DNA of 64,000 nt from assembly GCA_963826525.1 (NCBI GenBank), contig CAWGXH010000005.1:96001-160000 (forward strand). The letters are read 5' to 3'. The DNA comes from an uncultured Methanomicrobiaceae archaeon (lineage in GTDB: Archaea; Halobacteriota; Methanomicrobia; Methanomicrobiales; Methanoculleaceae). The translations under genes were made by a program, and so were the position numbers. Below the pieces are notes generated by a model. The model had not been told where the DNA came from and ran no database searches. It worked only from the letters and a program-made list of their open reading frames with translations. Positions 28,794 through 39,809 of the stretch are shown here, in pieces (positions within the stretch are counted from its first letter, which is position 1; every line of letters starts with the position of its first letter).

Positions 28794-30379
28794 CTACCGC
28801 TGTCTGCCCTGCGCCGGGGTGATATCGATCTCGTGACCCCGGATGGTCCGTCCCTTCATCGTCGAAAGGACATGCTGGCCATACTCTTCCGGCACCTCGA
28901 CGAAGGAGTATCCCTCGTGAATACGGATCGCCCCGATCGCCTTGCCCGGAACATCGGTCTCCCCGGCGATGGCTCCGACGATATCGCCGGGACCGATGTT
29001 GTGGCTCCTCCCGACGTTGATGAACAGCCGGACCATCCCCGGCTCGGCGCCGGTATCGGCGATGCGGGCCTCCTGGACGGGAGCGGCTTCCTGGCGCGGT
29101 TCGAGCTCGAACTTGAGGAGTGCGGCGGCGATCTCGGTGGATGTGTACTCCTCTTCCATCACCTGCTCGATGATCCGGATGTACTTATCGATCTCTCCCT
29201 CCTGGATGCTGGCCTTGACCTTATCGAGGAAGACCCGGGTCTTCGTCTCCTCGACGTCCGTCAGGGTCGGCACCGGGATCTTGGTGATCCGGATATTCGC
29301 AAACTTCTGGATCTCGCGGAGTTTGTAGATCTCCTTCGGGGCAACGAAGGTGATTGCCATACCGGCCCTGCCTGCCCGTGCCGTCCTGCCGATGCGGTGG
29401 ACGTAGTACTCGGTATCCTGGGGGACATCGAAGTTGAAGACCACGTCCACGTTCTCGACGTCGATACCGCGTGCCGCAACGTCGGTCGCCACGAGGATAT
29501 CGATCGAACCGCCCCTGAACTTTGCCATCACGCGATCGCGCTGCGTCTGCTTCATATCGCCGTGAAGGGCTTCTGCAAAGTACCCGCGGGTCTGCAGGTG
29601 TTGAATGAGATCGTCCACCTTGCGCTTCGTATTGCAGAAGATGAGGGCGAGCTTGGGATCGTGGATGTCCATCAGCCGGGAGAGCACCTCGAGTTTGTCC
29701 CGCTCCCGCACCTCGATATAGTACTGCTCGACCTGCGGAACCGTCAACTCGCGGTGGGCGACCTGAAGGAACTCCGGGTTCGTCTGGAACCGCCGTGAGA
29801 TCTCAAGATGGGCTTTGGCATCGTCGCCGAGAAGAGCACCATCTGCCGCTTTGCCGGGGTTTCGTCAAGGATGGTCTCGATATCCTCGCGGAAGCCCATG
29901 TCGAGCATCTGGTCGGCCTCGTCGAGAACCGCGATCTTCACGTGGTTCAGCGAGAGGGTGCCGCGCTCAAGGTGGTCGATCACACGCCCCGGCGTTCCGA
30001 TGACGACCTGCACTCCCTGCCGGAGAGCCTTGAGCTGCCGCTCGATAGGCTGGCCGCCGTAGATCGGGAGGACGTTGACACCCCTCCGGTACTTCAGGAG
30101 CTTCTGGAACTCCTCGGCAACCTGGATGGCAAGCTCGCGCGTGGGACAGAGCACAATCGCCTGGACGTTACGATCGTCCACGTCCATCTTCTCGATCAGC
30201 GGCAGCCCGAATGCGGCCGTCTTGCCCGTGCCGGTCTGTGCCTGGCCGGTTACATCCCTGCCGGCAGAGATGGGGGGAATAGCGAGCGTCTGGATGGGAG
30301 TCGGTTCTTCGAATCCCATATCTTCAATAGCCTTCAATATCTCCGGTGTGAAATTAAAATCCTGAAACTGCATATGCAT
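28794..30379 (-). CDS. deaD: DEAD-box RNA helicase (DeaD/CsdA-like, DbpA-type C-terminal RNA-binding domain), frameshifted near 29800
   Basis: Q motif, AQTGTGKT, PTRELA, TPGR, DEAD, SAT; second half ARGID, HRIGRTARAG. Confidence 0.9.
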
Positions 30380-30548
30380 TCCGTACCTTTTGTGTATTTA
30401 AAGCGGTATTCTGACAGGCGATCCTCGCGTGATATGCTCCCGTATTAAAAGTGTTGCACACTCGCGAGCGATCACACAATACGTACACACAACTGAACGT
30501 TGATATTGGGCTTGCTAGGATATAAACTGTACCGATGGCGTCTCCCGT

Positions 30549-31697
30549 TCACCGGTTCCGGCGGGCGTCCGGACGCAGTTCTTCCTCCGCTTCACCAATC
30601 TCCCGTCCGGGATCAAGGAGGACGGTATGCGGAATACCGATGAGGGAGACCGCGGCAAGCGCTCCGATGACGCCCCGTCCTCCGATGAGGCGTATGCCGT
30701 GCGTCGCCGCGGTCGATTCGGCGTCGTTTCTGTCGATTACGGTTCTTCGAACACGCTTCCCGTACTCCCGCATGCCTTTCGGGACGATAAACCCCTCTTT
30801 GACGGCGATTCCCCAGTCCGGGGATAATGCCTCGTCGGCGACAAACCTGGCAGCCGTCTCGCCGATATGCCCGAGCAGGGCGGGCTCGACCGCGAGTTCG
30901 ATGCAGCTGCACGAGTTTCCCGCCGTTCTCGGCTCGAGGTTCGGGTTGAGCATCGCCACGCGGTGTCCGATGGGAAGGATGCCGTCGATCCTGCTCATGT
31001 GCTGGAGCAGTGCGAGTGCCAGTGCAAAGGTGGCCCCTCCCTCATGGGTGTCGGTATCGTCGATGCCGATGGCCACGTAGGTGAGTGCCCGGGTGATGAC
31101 GTCCCCCTCGACGAGAGGCCCGTTCCGATGGACGCGCACCTCGCAGACGCCGTCTGCAAGCGACATCATGTCGGTCAGGGAGTAGGCAGGCCCGCCGGTG
31201 CACTTGATGTGCTGGATGATGTACTCCCCGTCCCGTTGAATGCCGGCGATGCCGACCGCAGCGCTCGGGTCGAGCCCGATGACGATCTCCTGGTGGCCGA
31301 GCCGTGCACGCTCGCGCAGAAGCGTTCCGTCCCGCTGAATCCGGGTGAGGGCGCCTCCTGCACGGGTGTGGTGAAAAGCGCAGAAGGCGGCGCAGCCGCC
31401 GCTCATGCACTCGTGGTAGATCTCGACGCAGTCGCCGTCGATGGTGGTGAAGATACGGCGGCAGGCGGTCGTCGGCACGACGCTGGTCGCCCTGTACTGC
31501 GCCGGATGCCGTCCCCGTTTCTCCTCGCGAAGGATCACGCATCCCTCCTCCACGAGGCGGTTGATCCAGTCCTGGACGGTGCTCCGCGGAACGCCCGTCA
31601 GATCCGCGATATCCGTTCCCGTAAAGTAGCCGTTCTCGAGCGTCAGCTGACGCATGTGCCGCAGGAACTGTTTCCTTCGTTCAAGTACCCTTGACAT
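30549..31697 (-). CDS. Winged-HTH protein fused to a Cys-rich methanogenesis marker 11/TiaS-N-like domain
   Basis: DIADLTGVPRSTVQDWINRLVEEG (HTH); IGIDDTDT...GATF, TAGNS, GRGVIGALAA. Confidence 0.72.
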   Translation of the reverse strand: MSRVLERRKQFLRHMRQLTLENGYFTGTDIADLTGVPRSTVQDWINRLVEEGCVILREEKRGRHPAQYRATSVVPTTACRRIFTTIDGDCVEIYHECMSGGCAAFCAFHHTRAGGALTRIQRDGTLLRERARLGHQEIVIGLDPSAAVGIAGIQRDGEYIIQHIKCTGGPAYSLTDMMSLADGVCEVRVHRNGPLVEGDVITRALTYVAIGIDDTDTHEGGATFALALALLQHMSRIDGILPIGHRVAMLNPNLEPRTAGNSCSCIELAVEPALLGHIGETAARFVADEALSPDWGIAVKEGFIVPKGMREYGKRVRRTVIDRNDAESTAATHGIRLIGGRGVIGALAAVSLIGIPHTVLLDPGREIGEAEEELRPDARRNR

Positions 31698-32667
31698 ACC
31701 TGTCGCGGATGAAGATGAGGTCCCCGATGACGGCGCTTGCAGTCTCGATCGAGCCTGCACCCTTGCCGATGAGCGTGATCTCGCCTGCCATATCCGTCTC
31801 CACGGTCACTGCGTTGAGCGTGCCCTCGACCACGAGGGGGTGGGACTTCTGGAGGATCCGCGGGGATACTCTGAGTATGTTCTCTGCCGGTGCGATCTCA
31901 CCGATCAGCCTGATTGTGCACTCCTGCTCCTCTGCAAGTTTGAGTGCTTCGGGAGTGAGGAGGTCGATCCCGGTGATATCCACGTCCCGGAGCGTGCTGC
32001 TTTTGTGAAAGACGGTGTTTGCAAGGATCACGAGTTTGATCGCGGCGTCGATCCCCTTGACGTCGTAGGTCGGGTCGGCCTCGGCATAGCCGAGCTCCCG
32101 CGCCTCGAGGAGCGCCTGCTCGTAGGTCAGCCCTTCCTCGGACATCCGGGTCAGGATGAAGTTGCAGGTGCCGTTGAAGATACCGTAGAGGCGTGATACG
32201 CTGTTCCCGGCGAGGCCCTCGTGGATGGCGTGAATGAGCGGGATAGCACCGCAGACGGTGGCCTCGTACTTCAGGCAGACGCCCCGCTTCTCCGCGACGG
32301 CCGCAAGATCGGCGTACGCGACTGCTATCGGCCCTTTATTCGACGTGACGATATGCTTGCCCCGCTCGATCGCGGTCCTGATATGCGTGAGCGCCGGTTC
32401 GCCGGTCACGGCGTCGGTCGGCGTCACCTCGACGAGAACGTCGTACTCCGCGCCTCTCACGACGTCGATCGGCCGGACTGCAGGATCGCCAAGAGAGCCG
32501 CTCTCCTGCTTTCGTGCGAGTGCCGCTTCGATATCGATGCCGTCAGGGTCGATGAGGCCGCTTTTAGAGTCGGCGAGTCCCGTGACGGTGATGCCGAGGT
32601 CTTTCTGCAGAATTGCCCGGGCGATGCCCCGGCCGACCGAGCCGAAACCAAGGATTGCGATGCGCAT
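31681..32667 (-). CDS. hom: Homoserine dehydrogenase
   Basis: GFGSVG, VTSNKG, YEATVCGAIP, NGTCN, GYAEADP, GAGSIETA. Confidence 0.95.
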   Translation of the reverse strand: MRIAILGFGSVGRGIARAILQKDLGITVTGLADSKSGLIDPDGIDIEAALARKQESGSLGDPAVRPIDVVRGAEYDVLVEVTPTDAVTGEPALTHIRTAIERGKHIVTSNKGPIAVAYADLAAVAEKRGVCLKYEATVCGAIPLIHAIHEGLAGNSVSRLYGIFNGTCNFILTRMSEEGLTYEQALLEARELGYAEADPTYDVKGIDAAIKLVILANTVFHKSSTLRDVDITGIDLLTPEALKLAEEQECTIRLIGEIAPAENILRVSPRILQKSHPLVVEGTLNAVTVETDMAGEITLIGKGAGSIETASAVIGDLIFIRDRYVKGT

Positions 32668-33167
32668 TAGATCTCCTCCAGCGGTTCGATCATGAGGATG
32701 CCCTTCTGCTGCGCAACCGTGCGGAGAATCTCGATCGCACGTTTCATATCGTCGACGTTGACCGAGCGGATGGTTATCCGCGCCGAAGAGGGCTTGTTGA
32801 TCGCGGGCATGACGAGGGAGATCTCCGTCACCTCCGCAAATCCGGTCTTGTCGATACAATCGACCGTATCCGAGAGATCCGTGTGCATGAGATGTCCTAT
32901 CAGGATCAGCGAGCTCTGATGCAAAAGCCGCTCTTCCCCGATCCGCACCACGCCGACACCCTGTTCCCGGAGGAGTTCGAGCAGCCGATCGAGCCTGCCC
33001 TCCGGCAGTTCGAGCACGATCTGAACATCCAGTGTCTCCGCCGTCGATGAGGGGTCACGCTGGTGAATAACCGCAATGATGTTGCCGCCCACTGACGATA
33101 TCGGTTTGAGCGCGGCAACCAACTGTCCGGGCGTATCCTTCATCTCGAGTTTCATGGATACACGCAA
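32667..33167 (-). CDS. ACT-domain amino-acid-binding protein (probable Hom regulator)
   Basis: KDTPGQL...GGNIIAVIH; abuts the hom start. Confidence 0.88.
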   Translation of the reverse strand: MRVSMKLEMKDTPGQLVAALKPISSVGGNIIAVIHQRDPSSTAETLDVQIVLELPEGRLDRLLELLREQGVGVVRIGEERLLHQSSLILIGHLMHTDLSDTVDCIDKTGFAEVTEISLVMPAINKPSSARITIRSVNVDDMKRAIEILRTVAQQKGILMIEPLEEI

Positions 33168-33275
33168 AAAAAACCACCTGCCATAGGGTTGACCCGCCGT
33201 GATGATAAGCCTTTTACAATGGAACTCCCCCTCGCGAGGGGTGCCCCGGGCCGGCCTGAAAAAGAAGAGATCCTT

Positions 33276-33992
33276 TCAGCGCACGGAGCCGGGTGCGCCG
33301 GTCACGATGCTCACGGCCTCCGCGAGCTCCGGGAGGAGCTCGGCCGGGATGCCCATGACCATCTCGTCGTCCTCGATCCCGGAGAACTTCCGTGATCCGT
33401 CGCAGCCGAGCGAGTAGTTGGCAAGCCCCGTCATGTACGGCTGCGCCGTTGCATCGGCACAGACCGACTGGATCCCCGACATCGACGACTGGATGCGTCC
33501 GCCGAGTTTGTAGAGCGCGCTCTGGGCGAGTTTCAGCATGCTCCGCGGGGATGCGACGATGATCACCACGTGGGGATCGAACGGCGTCTTCTCGAGGGGT
33601 GCGTATACCGTGGCGTAGGTCTCGTTCTCGGGCACGTGCGGGACTGCGTTGATCGTCCGCATGCACGCCGCCCAGCTCTCGAACTTGCCGAGTTTGTAGT
33701 AAAACTCTCCGCTCCTGAGGCTCGGGGTGAGTTCTCTGAGGCCGAGCGCCCAGCCCCCGCCCATGCAGACGTGCTTGTCGGCCGTTGCATAGAAGATGGC
33801 GCCGTCTTTCCGGGCTCTGCTGACCATCTGGCAGTGCCGGACCGTCTCCTCGATCGGTTCCACCCCTTCGGGGATGCCTTCGGGACTCTTTGCGAGTTTT
33901 ATCGCGACCGGCGATCCCTTGAGGTCAAGGCCGGTTTTCAGGGTCTCTGCGATTGCTGCGTAGGGGAGTTTCATCCGCATCTGGTCTTCCAT
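33276..33992 (-). CDS. DUF169 family protein
   Basis: SPVAIK, RHCQMV, QSVCAD, SLGCDGSR. Confidence 0.82.
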   Translation of the reverse strand: MEDQMRMKLPYAAIAETLKTGLDLKGSPVAIKLAKSPEGIPEGVEPIEETVRHCQMVSRARKDGAIFYATADKHVCMGGGWALGLRELTPSLRSGEFYYKLGKFESWAACMRTINAVPHVPENETYATVYAPLEKTPFDPHVVIIVASPRSMLKLAQSALYKLGGRIQSSMSGIQSVCADATAQPYMTGLANYSLGCDGSRKFSGIEDDEMVMGIPAELLPELAEAVSIVTGAPGSVR

Positions 33993-34066
33993 AATCCTTC
34001 CCGCTCCTAATGGGTGAACAGTTCCCCTGGAGCGGCATTAACCTTCTGTCCGTGACAACTGATCGG

Positions 34067-34879
34067 TTACAGCCGGCGAAGTTTATACTCGACCTTCTCG
34101 AAGAAGGGTTTTCCGACCCTGACGAACCGTGCAGGTTCTTCTGCTTTTCGAACGGAGATGACCGTATTCTTCTCGAGCTCGAAGGTGCTCTGGCCGTCGA
34201 TGACGAGGTGGGCGGGTTTCTCCGTCTCGAGCTGGATGTCGAGGGCGCGGTCGCTGCTGATCAGGTGCGGCCGCGAGGAGAGCATGTAGGGCGCGAGCGG
34301 TATGACCAGGAACCCCTCGAGCCGGGGGTCGATGATTGGGCCTCCTGCGCTCATGGCATAGGCGGTCGAGCCCGTCGGGGTGCTGACGAGGATACCGTCT
34401 GCCCGGAACCGTTCCGCGGCGATTCCATCGACGTGGACGGAGAACCGGAGCATCTTCGCCGGCCGTTCGGTGACGATGACCGCCTCGTTGAGGGCGGTGC
34501 CGAACTCCTCGCCGCGGACGGAGAGGGCGATGCGCATGCGCTGCTCGACCTCGAAGGCATCCGTATGGGTGGCGAAGAAGGATTCTGCCTCTTCCGGCTC
34601 GAGGTTCGCGAGAAACCCTACCTCGCCCCAGTTGATCCCGAGGATCGGGATCTGCCGCCGCATCCGGTGGACGGTGAGCAGGACCGAGCCGTCGCCGCCG
34701 ACGACGACCGCAAGGTCGGCCGAAAACTCCTCGAAGGCGACTCCTTCCTTCCCGAGGAGCCTGGCCGTCCCCGCTTCGAAGGTGACGGCGTGGCCGAGCC
34801 CCGTCAGGTGCTCCGCGAGGGAGGCGGTGAAGCCGAGCGCCTCCCCGTCGTCTATCCGTGAGATGAGTACCATCCGCAT
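34067..34879 (-). CDS. nadK: NAD kinase
   Basis: GGDG, GFL, NE, DG and TPTGSTAYAMSAGGP motifs. Confidence 0.95.
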   Translation of the reverse strand: MRMVLISRIDDGEALGFTASLAEHLTGLGHAVTFEAGTARLLGKEGVAFEEFSADLAVVVGGDGSVLLTVHRMRRQIPILGINWGEVGFLANLEPEEAESFFATHTDAFEVEQRMRIALSVRGEEFGTALNEAVIVTERPAKMLRFSVHVDGIAAERFRADGILVSTPTGSTAYAMSAGGPIIDPRLEGFLVIPLAPYMLSSRPHLISSDRALDIQLETEKPAHLVIDGQSTFELEKNTVISVRKAEEPARFVRVGKPFFEKVEYKLRRL

Positions 34880-34884
34880 GCCGC

Positions 34885-35661
34885 CTACCTCAGATACTCG
34901 ATGACCTTGTTATGGATCACGCCGTTCGTGGCGACGAGGCAGTAGCCTGAGGTGACCTCCTCTCCGAACCGGATGGGCCCGCCGTCGAGGTCGGTGGCTC
35001 TCCCGCCGGCCTCTTCGCAGACGACGATCCCGGCCGCTGCATCGGTCACGCGAAGCGTACCCCGGAAGTCGATGAACCCGTCGATACGCCCCGCTCCCAC
35101 GTAGCAGAGTTCGAGGGCGGATGCGCCGAAGAGGCGCCAGCGGCGGAGCCTGCGGCCGAGGTGGAGCACCGGTGCCGGGTCGAACCGGCGCCCGTAGACG
35201 CTCATGGCACTCTCCTCGAGGAGGGAGATCGCCGATGCCCGGATAGGCCGTCCGTCGAGGTACGCTCCGCACCCCCGCTCGGCGGAGAACGTCTCCCCGG
35301 TGGCGAGGTTCTGCACGTATCCTTTCAGGAGCGCGCCGTTCTCGGCGTACCCGATCGAGAGGGCGAAGAAGGGGATGCCCTGGACGGCGTTGAAGGTGCC
35401 GTCGATGGGGTCGAGGTACAGGGTTCCCTTCTCCCCGCCGATATCGAGGTTCCCGATCTCCTCGCTGATCAGGGTCCTGCAGATCGGCGTATCCAGCAGA
35501 TACTCGATAACGGCATCCTCTGCGACCTGATCAATCTTTTTGGTGGGTGTTCCGTCCGCGCCCATCTTTACGTACTCGGCGCCTTCCGGCCTCCCCACAA
35601 GGCCGGATACGGCATCTTTGACGCATTCTGCCATCTCTTCGCACGCCCGGACAAACACCAT
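34885..35661 (-). CDS. suhB: Inositol monophosphatase / FBPase (FIG superfamily)
   Basis: GADGTPT, SEE, DPIDGT, GASALE, DAAAG. Confidence 0.9.
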   Translation of the reverse strand: MVFVRACEEMAECVKDAVSGLVGRPEGAEYVKMGADGTPTKKIDQVAEDAVIEYLLDTPICRTLISEEIGNLDIGGEKGTLYLDPIDGTFNAVQGIPFFALSIGYAENGALLKGYVQNLATGETFSAERGCGAYLDGRPIRASAISLLEESAMSVYGRRFDPAPVLHLGRRLRRWRLFGASALELCYVGAGRIDGFIDFRGTLRVTDAAAGIVVCEEAGGRATDLDGGPIRFGEEVTSGYCLVATNGVIHNKVIEYLR

Positions 35662-35751
35662 GGAACCTCTCACGTATACTCTTTTCCTGCGCTGTATTTA
35701 TGTAATGCAATAAAGATAAATTAATAGCGCGATTACATCGAGAGTGACAAT

Positions 35752-36129
35752 ATGAAGGAACAGACTGAAATTGGTAAGCTGAAAGAAGGACGGTATATGG
35801 TCGTCGAAGATGAGCCCTGCAAGATCCTCTCCATTGCAACCTCAAAGCCGGGCAAGCACGGAGCGGCAAAGTCCCGTATCGACTGTATGGGGATCTTCGA
35901 CGGGGTCAAGCGATCCATCGTCCAGCCGGTATCCGCAAAGATCTACGTCCCGATCGTGGAGCGAAAATCCGCCCAGGTCATCTCGGTCGCAGGCAACACC
36001 GTTCAGTTCATGGACGTCAAGGACTTCGAGATGTTCGAGATGAATGTCTCGGACGAGCGGCTTGCCGGGATCGAGGCCGGAAAGGAAGTCCCCTATATCG
36101 CATCGATGGGTAAGAAGAAGCTTGAGTGA
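35752..36129 (+). CDS. eif5a: Translation factor aIF-5A
   Basis: Hypusination motif SKPGKHGAAK. Confidence 0.97.
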   Translation: MKEQTEIGKLKEGRYMVVEDEPCKILSIATSKPGKHGAAKSRIDCMGIFDGVKRSIVQPVSAKIYVPIVERKSAQVISVAGNTVQFMDVKDFEMFEMNVSDERLAGIEAGKEVPYIASMGKKKLE

Positions 36130-36384
36130 ACGACCCCGCCTCTTTTCCGGCAGGGCTTCCTGCTTCCTTCTCTCTATGAGGAGGGGCTTTTATAGTGCAT
36201 TCCGCACCCTATAGGCGTGCGCGAATCTCTTTTTGCAGGACTATCCCCCGGTGACGGATGGGGAGGTGCGCCTCCGTGCCCGGCATGTATCAGGGTCGTC
36301 CCACGACGATCATGCAAGCTCTGCGGGTTACCCGACCGGTGACAACCGGGAATCCAGCTCCGTTTTTAGATCGGTTTTTATGGC

Positions 36385-36471
36385 ACATTCTTTGGCAGGA
36401 GGGGGACGAGCCCCCTCCTGCACCCTCCCCCGCCGATGCGATAGCCCGGAGATTGGCCGTGCCCATGCCCT
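36385..36471 (+). repeat. Dispersed intergenic hairpin repeat, copy A
   Basis: ACATTC...GAGGGGG-ACGAG-CCCCCTC...TGCGATAGCCCGGAGA...GCCGTGC; similar to 54686-54752. Confidence 0.7.
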
Positions 36472-36673
36472 GTTTGACAGCGTCTCTGCTGCCGGAGCAT
36501 TGGGGCATGTCATCTTCCTGTGGTTTCGTTCCCGGGCATTTTCGGATCTGCTTGATCTGGAGCTTGTCCGGAGGTGTGATGAAGGAGCCGTGATCGGGGT
36601 ACTATGACAGGGCTCCGGAGGGTGACCACCTCCCACCCCGCAACATACATTATCAGGAAGCGATAGGTCTGCT

Positions 36674-37550
36674 ATGGATCTCGATCAGTTCACCCAGTCC
36701 CATTTTGCCGATGCCTCCGCAGCGTACGAGGACGCAACCTACGTCATCTTCGGCGTGCCCTACGACGGCACGACCTCGTTTCGCCCCGGAACCCGTTTCG
36801 GGCCGCGGGCAATCCGCGAGGTCTCCTTCAACTTCGAGCCGTACGAGCCGGCTGTCGGGATAGACCTTTCAGAGGTTCCCCTCGCCGACATCGGCGATAT
36901 CGAATCCTGCCCGCCTGCCGGAACGGGTCGCCCTGCAGGTCCGCGAGGTCGTCGCCGACCTTGCCCGTGACGGGAAGTTCCCGATCATGCTCGGCGGGGA
37001 GCATACGGTGACGGTCGGTGCGGTCGAGGCACTGCAGCCCGACTGCTTCGTCGTCTGCGACGCCCACCTCGACCTCCGGGACGAGCTCTACGAGACGCCC
37101 TACAGCCACGGCTGTGTAACAAGGCGGGTCTACGACGCCGGCGTCCGGAGTATCTTCATCATCGGCGCACGGAGCGGCTGTGCCGAGCAGTACGCCTTCG
37201 CCGACCGGGTGACGCTGTATACGGCCGACGAGGTCAGGGAACGCGGCATCACGGCGATTCTCCGGGAGATCGCCGGAGCGATCGCGGGGAAGCGGACGTA
37301 CCTCTCGATCGATGCCGACGCCGTCGACTGCTGCGAGACGCCCGGCGTCGGGACGCCGGAGCCGTTCGGGATCACCTCGTGCGACCTCCGGGAGGTGGTG
37401 CGAACCCTCGCCCCCCACGTGGTGGGCTTCGATTACGTGGAGGTCTGCCCGATCGATGCCGGCCAGACGGCGGCGGTGGCGGCGAAGCTCATCCGTGAGT
37501 TCATCGCGCTCCGCTGGAAAAAAGAGACTGGTGCTAGAGGTCAGACGTAG
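36674..37550 (+). CDS. speB: Agmatinase, frameshifted near 36905
   Basis: GVPYDGTTSFRPGTRFGP; then GGEH, DAHLD, SIDAD...PGVGTPEPFG. Confidence 0.92.
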
Positions 37551-38219
37551 CTTTCCGGAACCTGAACCTGCAGGTCGTACGACGTTATCCCCAGGGTATT
37601 GATGATGAAGTAGTAGTTCCGGTCGCCCTCGTAGAACTTGGTATTCCACTGGCTCTCCCGGAACGCCGTGCTGTTCGCCGAGTCGTAGTTCGCGAAGTCC
37701 TGGCGGTTCAGCGTGATCACCTTCACGAAGCGGTTCGGGTCGTCCGCGTCCATGACCTGGAGGTTGAACCGCGGGAACTCCTCGTTCATCGGGACGATGT
37801 TGGTGTAGTCGAGCCGCCAGTACGGCGTCGGGATGTGGAAGATGCCCGTCGTGCCGGACCACTGCCCCGTGATGGTGGTGTAGGTCGCCCAGGTGGTGTT
37901 CGGCATACTCCCCGACGGCGGGGTGGTGAAACTCGGGGTCTCTGTGGTGAGGTCGACGTGGTACGTCGAGGGGTCGACGAACCCGAGCTCTTTGCGGCAC
38001 GCCGTTCCAGGTCGGGGTGGGTGTCGGGGCTCTCGGAGTGGGCGCCGCGGTGGCTGCCGAGGCCCACGGCGGTGTCTGCGTCGGAGCGGCGGTCGGCTCC
38101 GGCTCGGGCGTCCCGAAGAGGTTCACGGGCTCGCCGGTCACCATCGGTTTCACCACGAGCGCCATGATCACCACGATCCCGACGGCGAGCACCACGTAGA
38201 GCAGATCCTGTTTCTCCAT
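37541..38219 (-). CDS. Membrane-anchored hypothetical protein with Pro/Thr linker, frameshifted near 37992
   Basis: N-terminal TM and PT-rich stalk; globular part continues in ORF 37541..37906. Confidence 0.7.
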
Positions 38220-38578
38220 GCCTCTCGTTCATCGTTTTGATCTGCTAACCATTTATACCTTCGATATCGGTTCTCCGGGGGATGATGCGGTTATCGGGGA
38301 TTTTTGATGCACCATGCGGCAGATCCCGGATGCCTAAGCGGCGGTGCAGGGCAACCCGAATCGGTGATTTCTGCGGATCATTCGTGAAACAAATACGCAA
38401 TTCAGCGAAGAAACCGGAACCGATTGAATTGTATTAACCCCTGATTATGAAAAAAGTGGATTGTGCGCGTGTTTGCTGTTCGATAGGGTTAAATAGATCC
38501 TTGTGTATATACTCCAACTAAACCGAAATGGTCCGAATGAACGCTTCATTCGGCCTCCGGAAGAGGAGGTAACGTTTA

Positions 38579-39164
38579 ATGAGTAAAATCGTTCGAAATG
38601 AGGATGCATTCACCGGCCTTGAGGCGGCGATCGTGTTGATCGCGTTCGTCGTCGTCGCGGCGGTGTTCTCGTATGTGGTGCTGGGCGCCGGGTTCTTCAC
38701 AACCCAGAAGAGCCAGGAAGTCGTCCACACCGGTGTATCGCAGGCGAGCTCGAATGTGGAAGTATCAGGGCCGGTCATCGTTGCATGGCTGCCGATGCTG
38801 CAATGGTCAATACTATCGACGTTCTATCTGCAGGCTTGCAGCTGGTGGATCTTCGGTTGACATGAACAAGGTGACCTACACGGTTGCAACGATACCGACT
38901 GAGTATCTATGACTGCGACGTATGGTGACGTCGACCGCAGACTGGTATGAGGTATGGAGCAGGATGCAGATGACTGGCACCGATCTGCTTGAGACCCGAA
39001 TGAGTTTGTGGTCATCGATATAGATGTATACTGCATCTGGATCCGGCTATTGGAACCAACGACGGTTCACCGTTGAGATTAAACCCGACGTCGGTGCATC
39101 GTATCCGATCACTCGGATTGCCCCGCCTTCATCTCGAGCAGATAAAGTCTACGAGGTCTACTGA
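38579..39164 (+). CDS. flaB: Archaellin 1, several frameshifts in the variable region
   Basis: Class III signal peptide NEDAFTGLEAAIVLIAFVVVAAVFSY; later frames give LAAGGSSVDM and FTVEIKPDVGASYPITR...YEVY*. Confidence 0.9.
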
Positions 39165-39176
39165 GGTGTTGATGAG

Positions 39177-39796
39177 ATGAGAAAACTGAAAGAATGAGGA
39201 TGCATTCACCGGTCTTGAGGCGGCGATCGTGCTGATCGCGTTCGTCGTCGTTGCGGCGGTGTTCTCGTATGTGGTGCTGGGCGCCGGGTTCTTCACGACC
39301 CAGAAGAGCCAGGAGGTCGTCCACACCGGTGTAGAGCAGGCAGGTTCCAGCATGGAGATCATCGGGAATATCTATGGCTATGAGGTAGACGCAGGCGAAA
39401 TTGATTATGTTGTCTTTACCGTTGGCAACACTGCAGGCGGTTCCCCAATCGATCTGACCCAGATGATTGTCACCTATATTGACGAGGATGGTCAGACTAT
39501 CAAGACTTTTGATAAAGACAATTCCATTGAGAGATCTCACGCATGATCCGGATCGTTGCTACGACCCTGCTGCCGCAGTTGTAGCTGATACTGGGTCATA
39601 CTTGACATCTACAATGATGTGGGTAATGAGAACCTCCTCCTCGAGCCGGGAGAACAGTTTGTCTTTGCGGTGGATCTCAATGCGCCTGATGGCTAACGAT
39701 AAGTTCAGCCTGAACTTACAGCCCTCTGTTGGTGCGGTCTTCCCCATTAAGAGAACTGTGCCTGCATCTGTTGATGCTGTTAATATTCTCTACTAA
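39177..39796 (+). CDS. flaB: Archaellin 2, several frameshifts
   Basis: Same N-terminal helix; TAGGSPIDL, LLEPGEQF, FSLNLQPSVGA...RTVP...ILY*. Confidence 0.9.
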
Positions 39797-39809
39797 TCTT
39801 TCTTTTTTT
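39797..39809 (+). terminator. Oligo-T terminator after the archaellin genes
   Basis: TCTTTCTTTTTTT directly after the stop codon. Confidence 0.55.
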
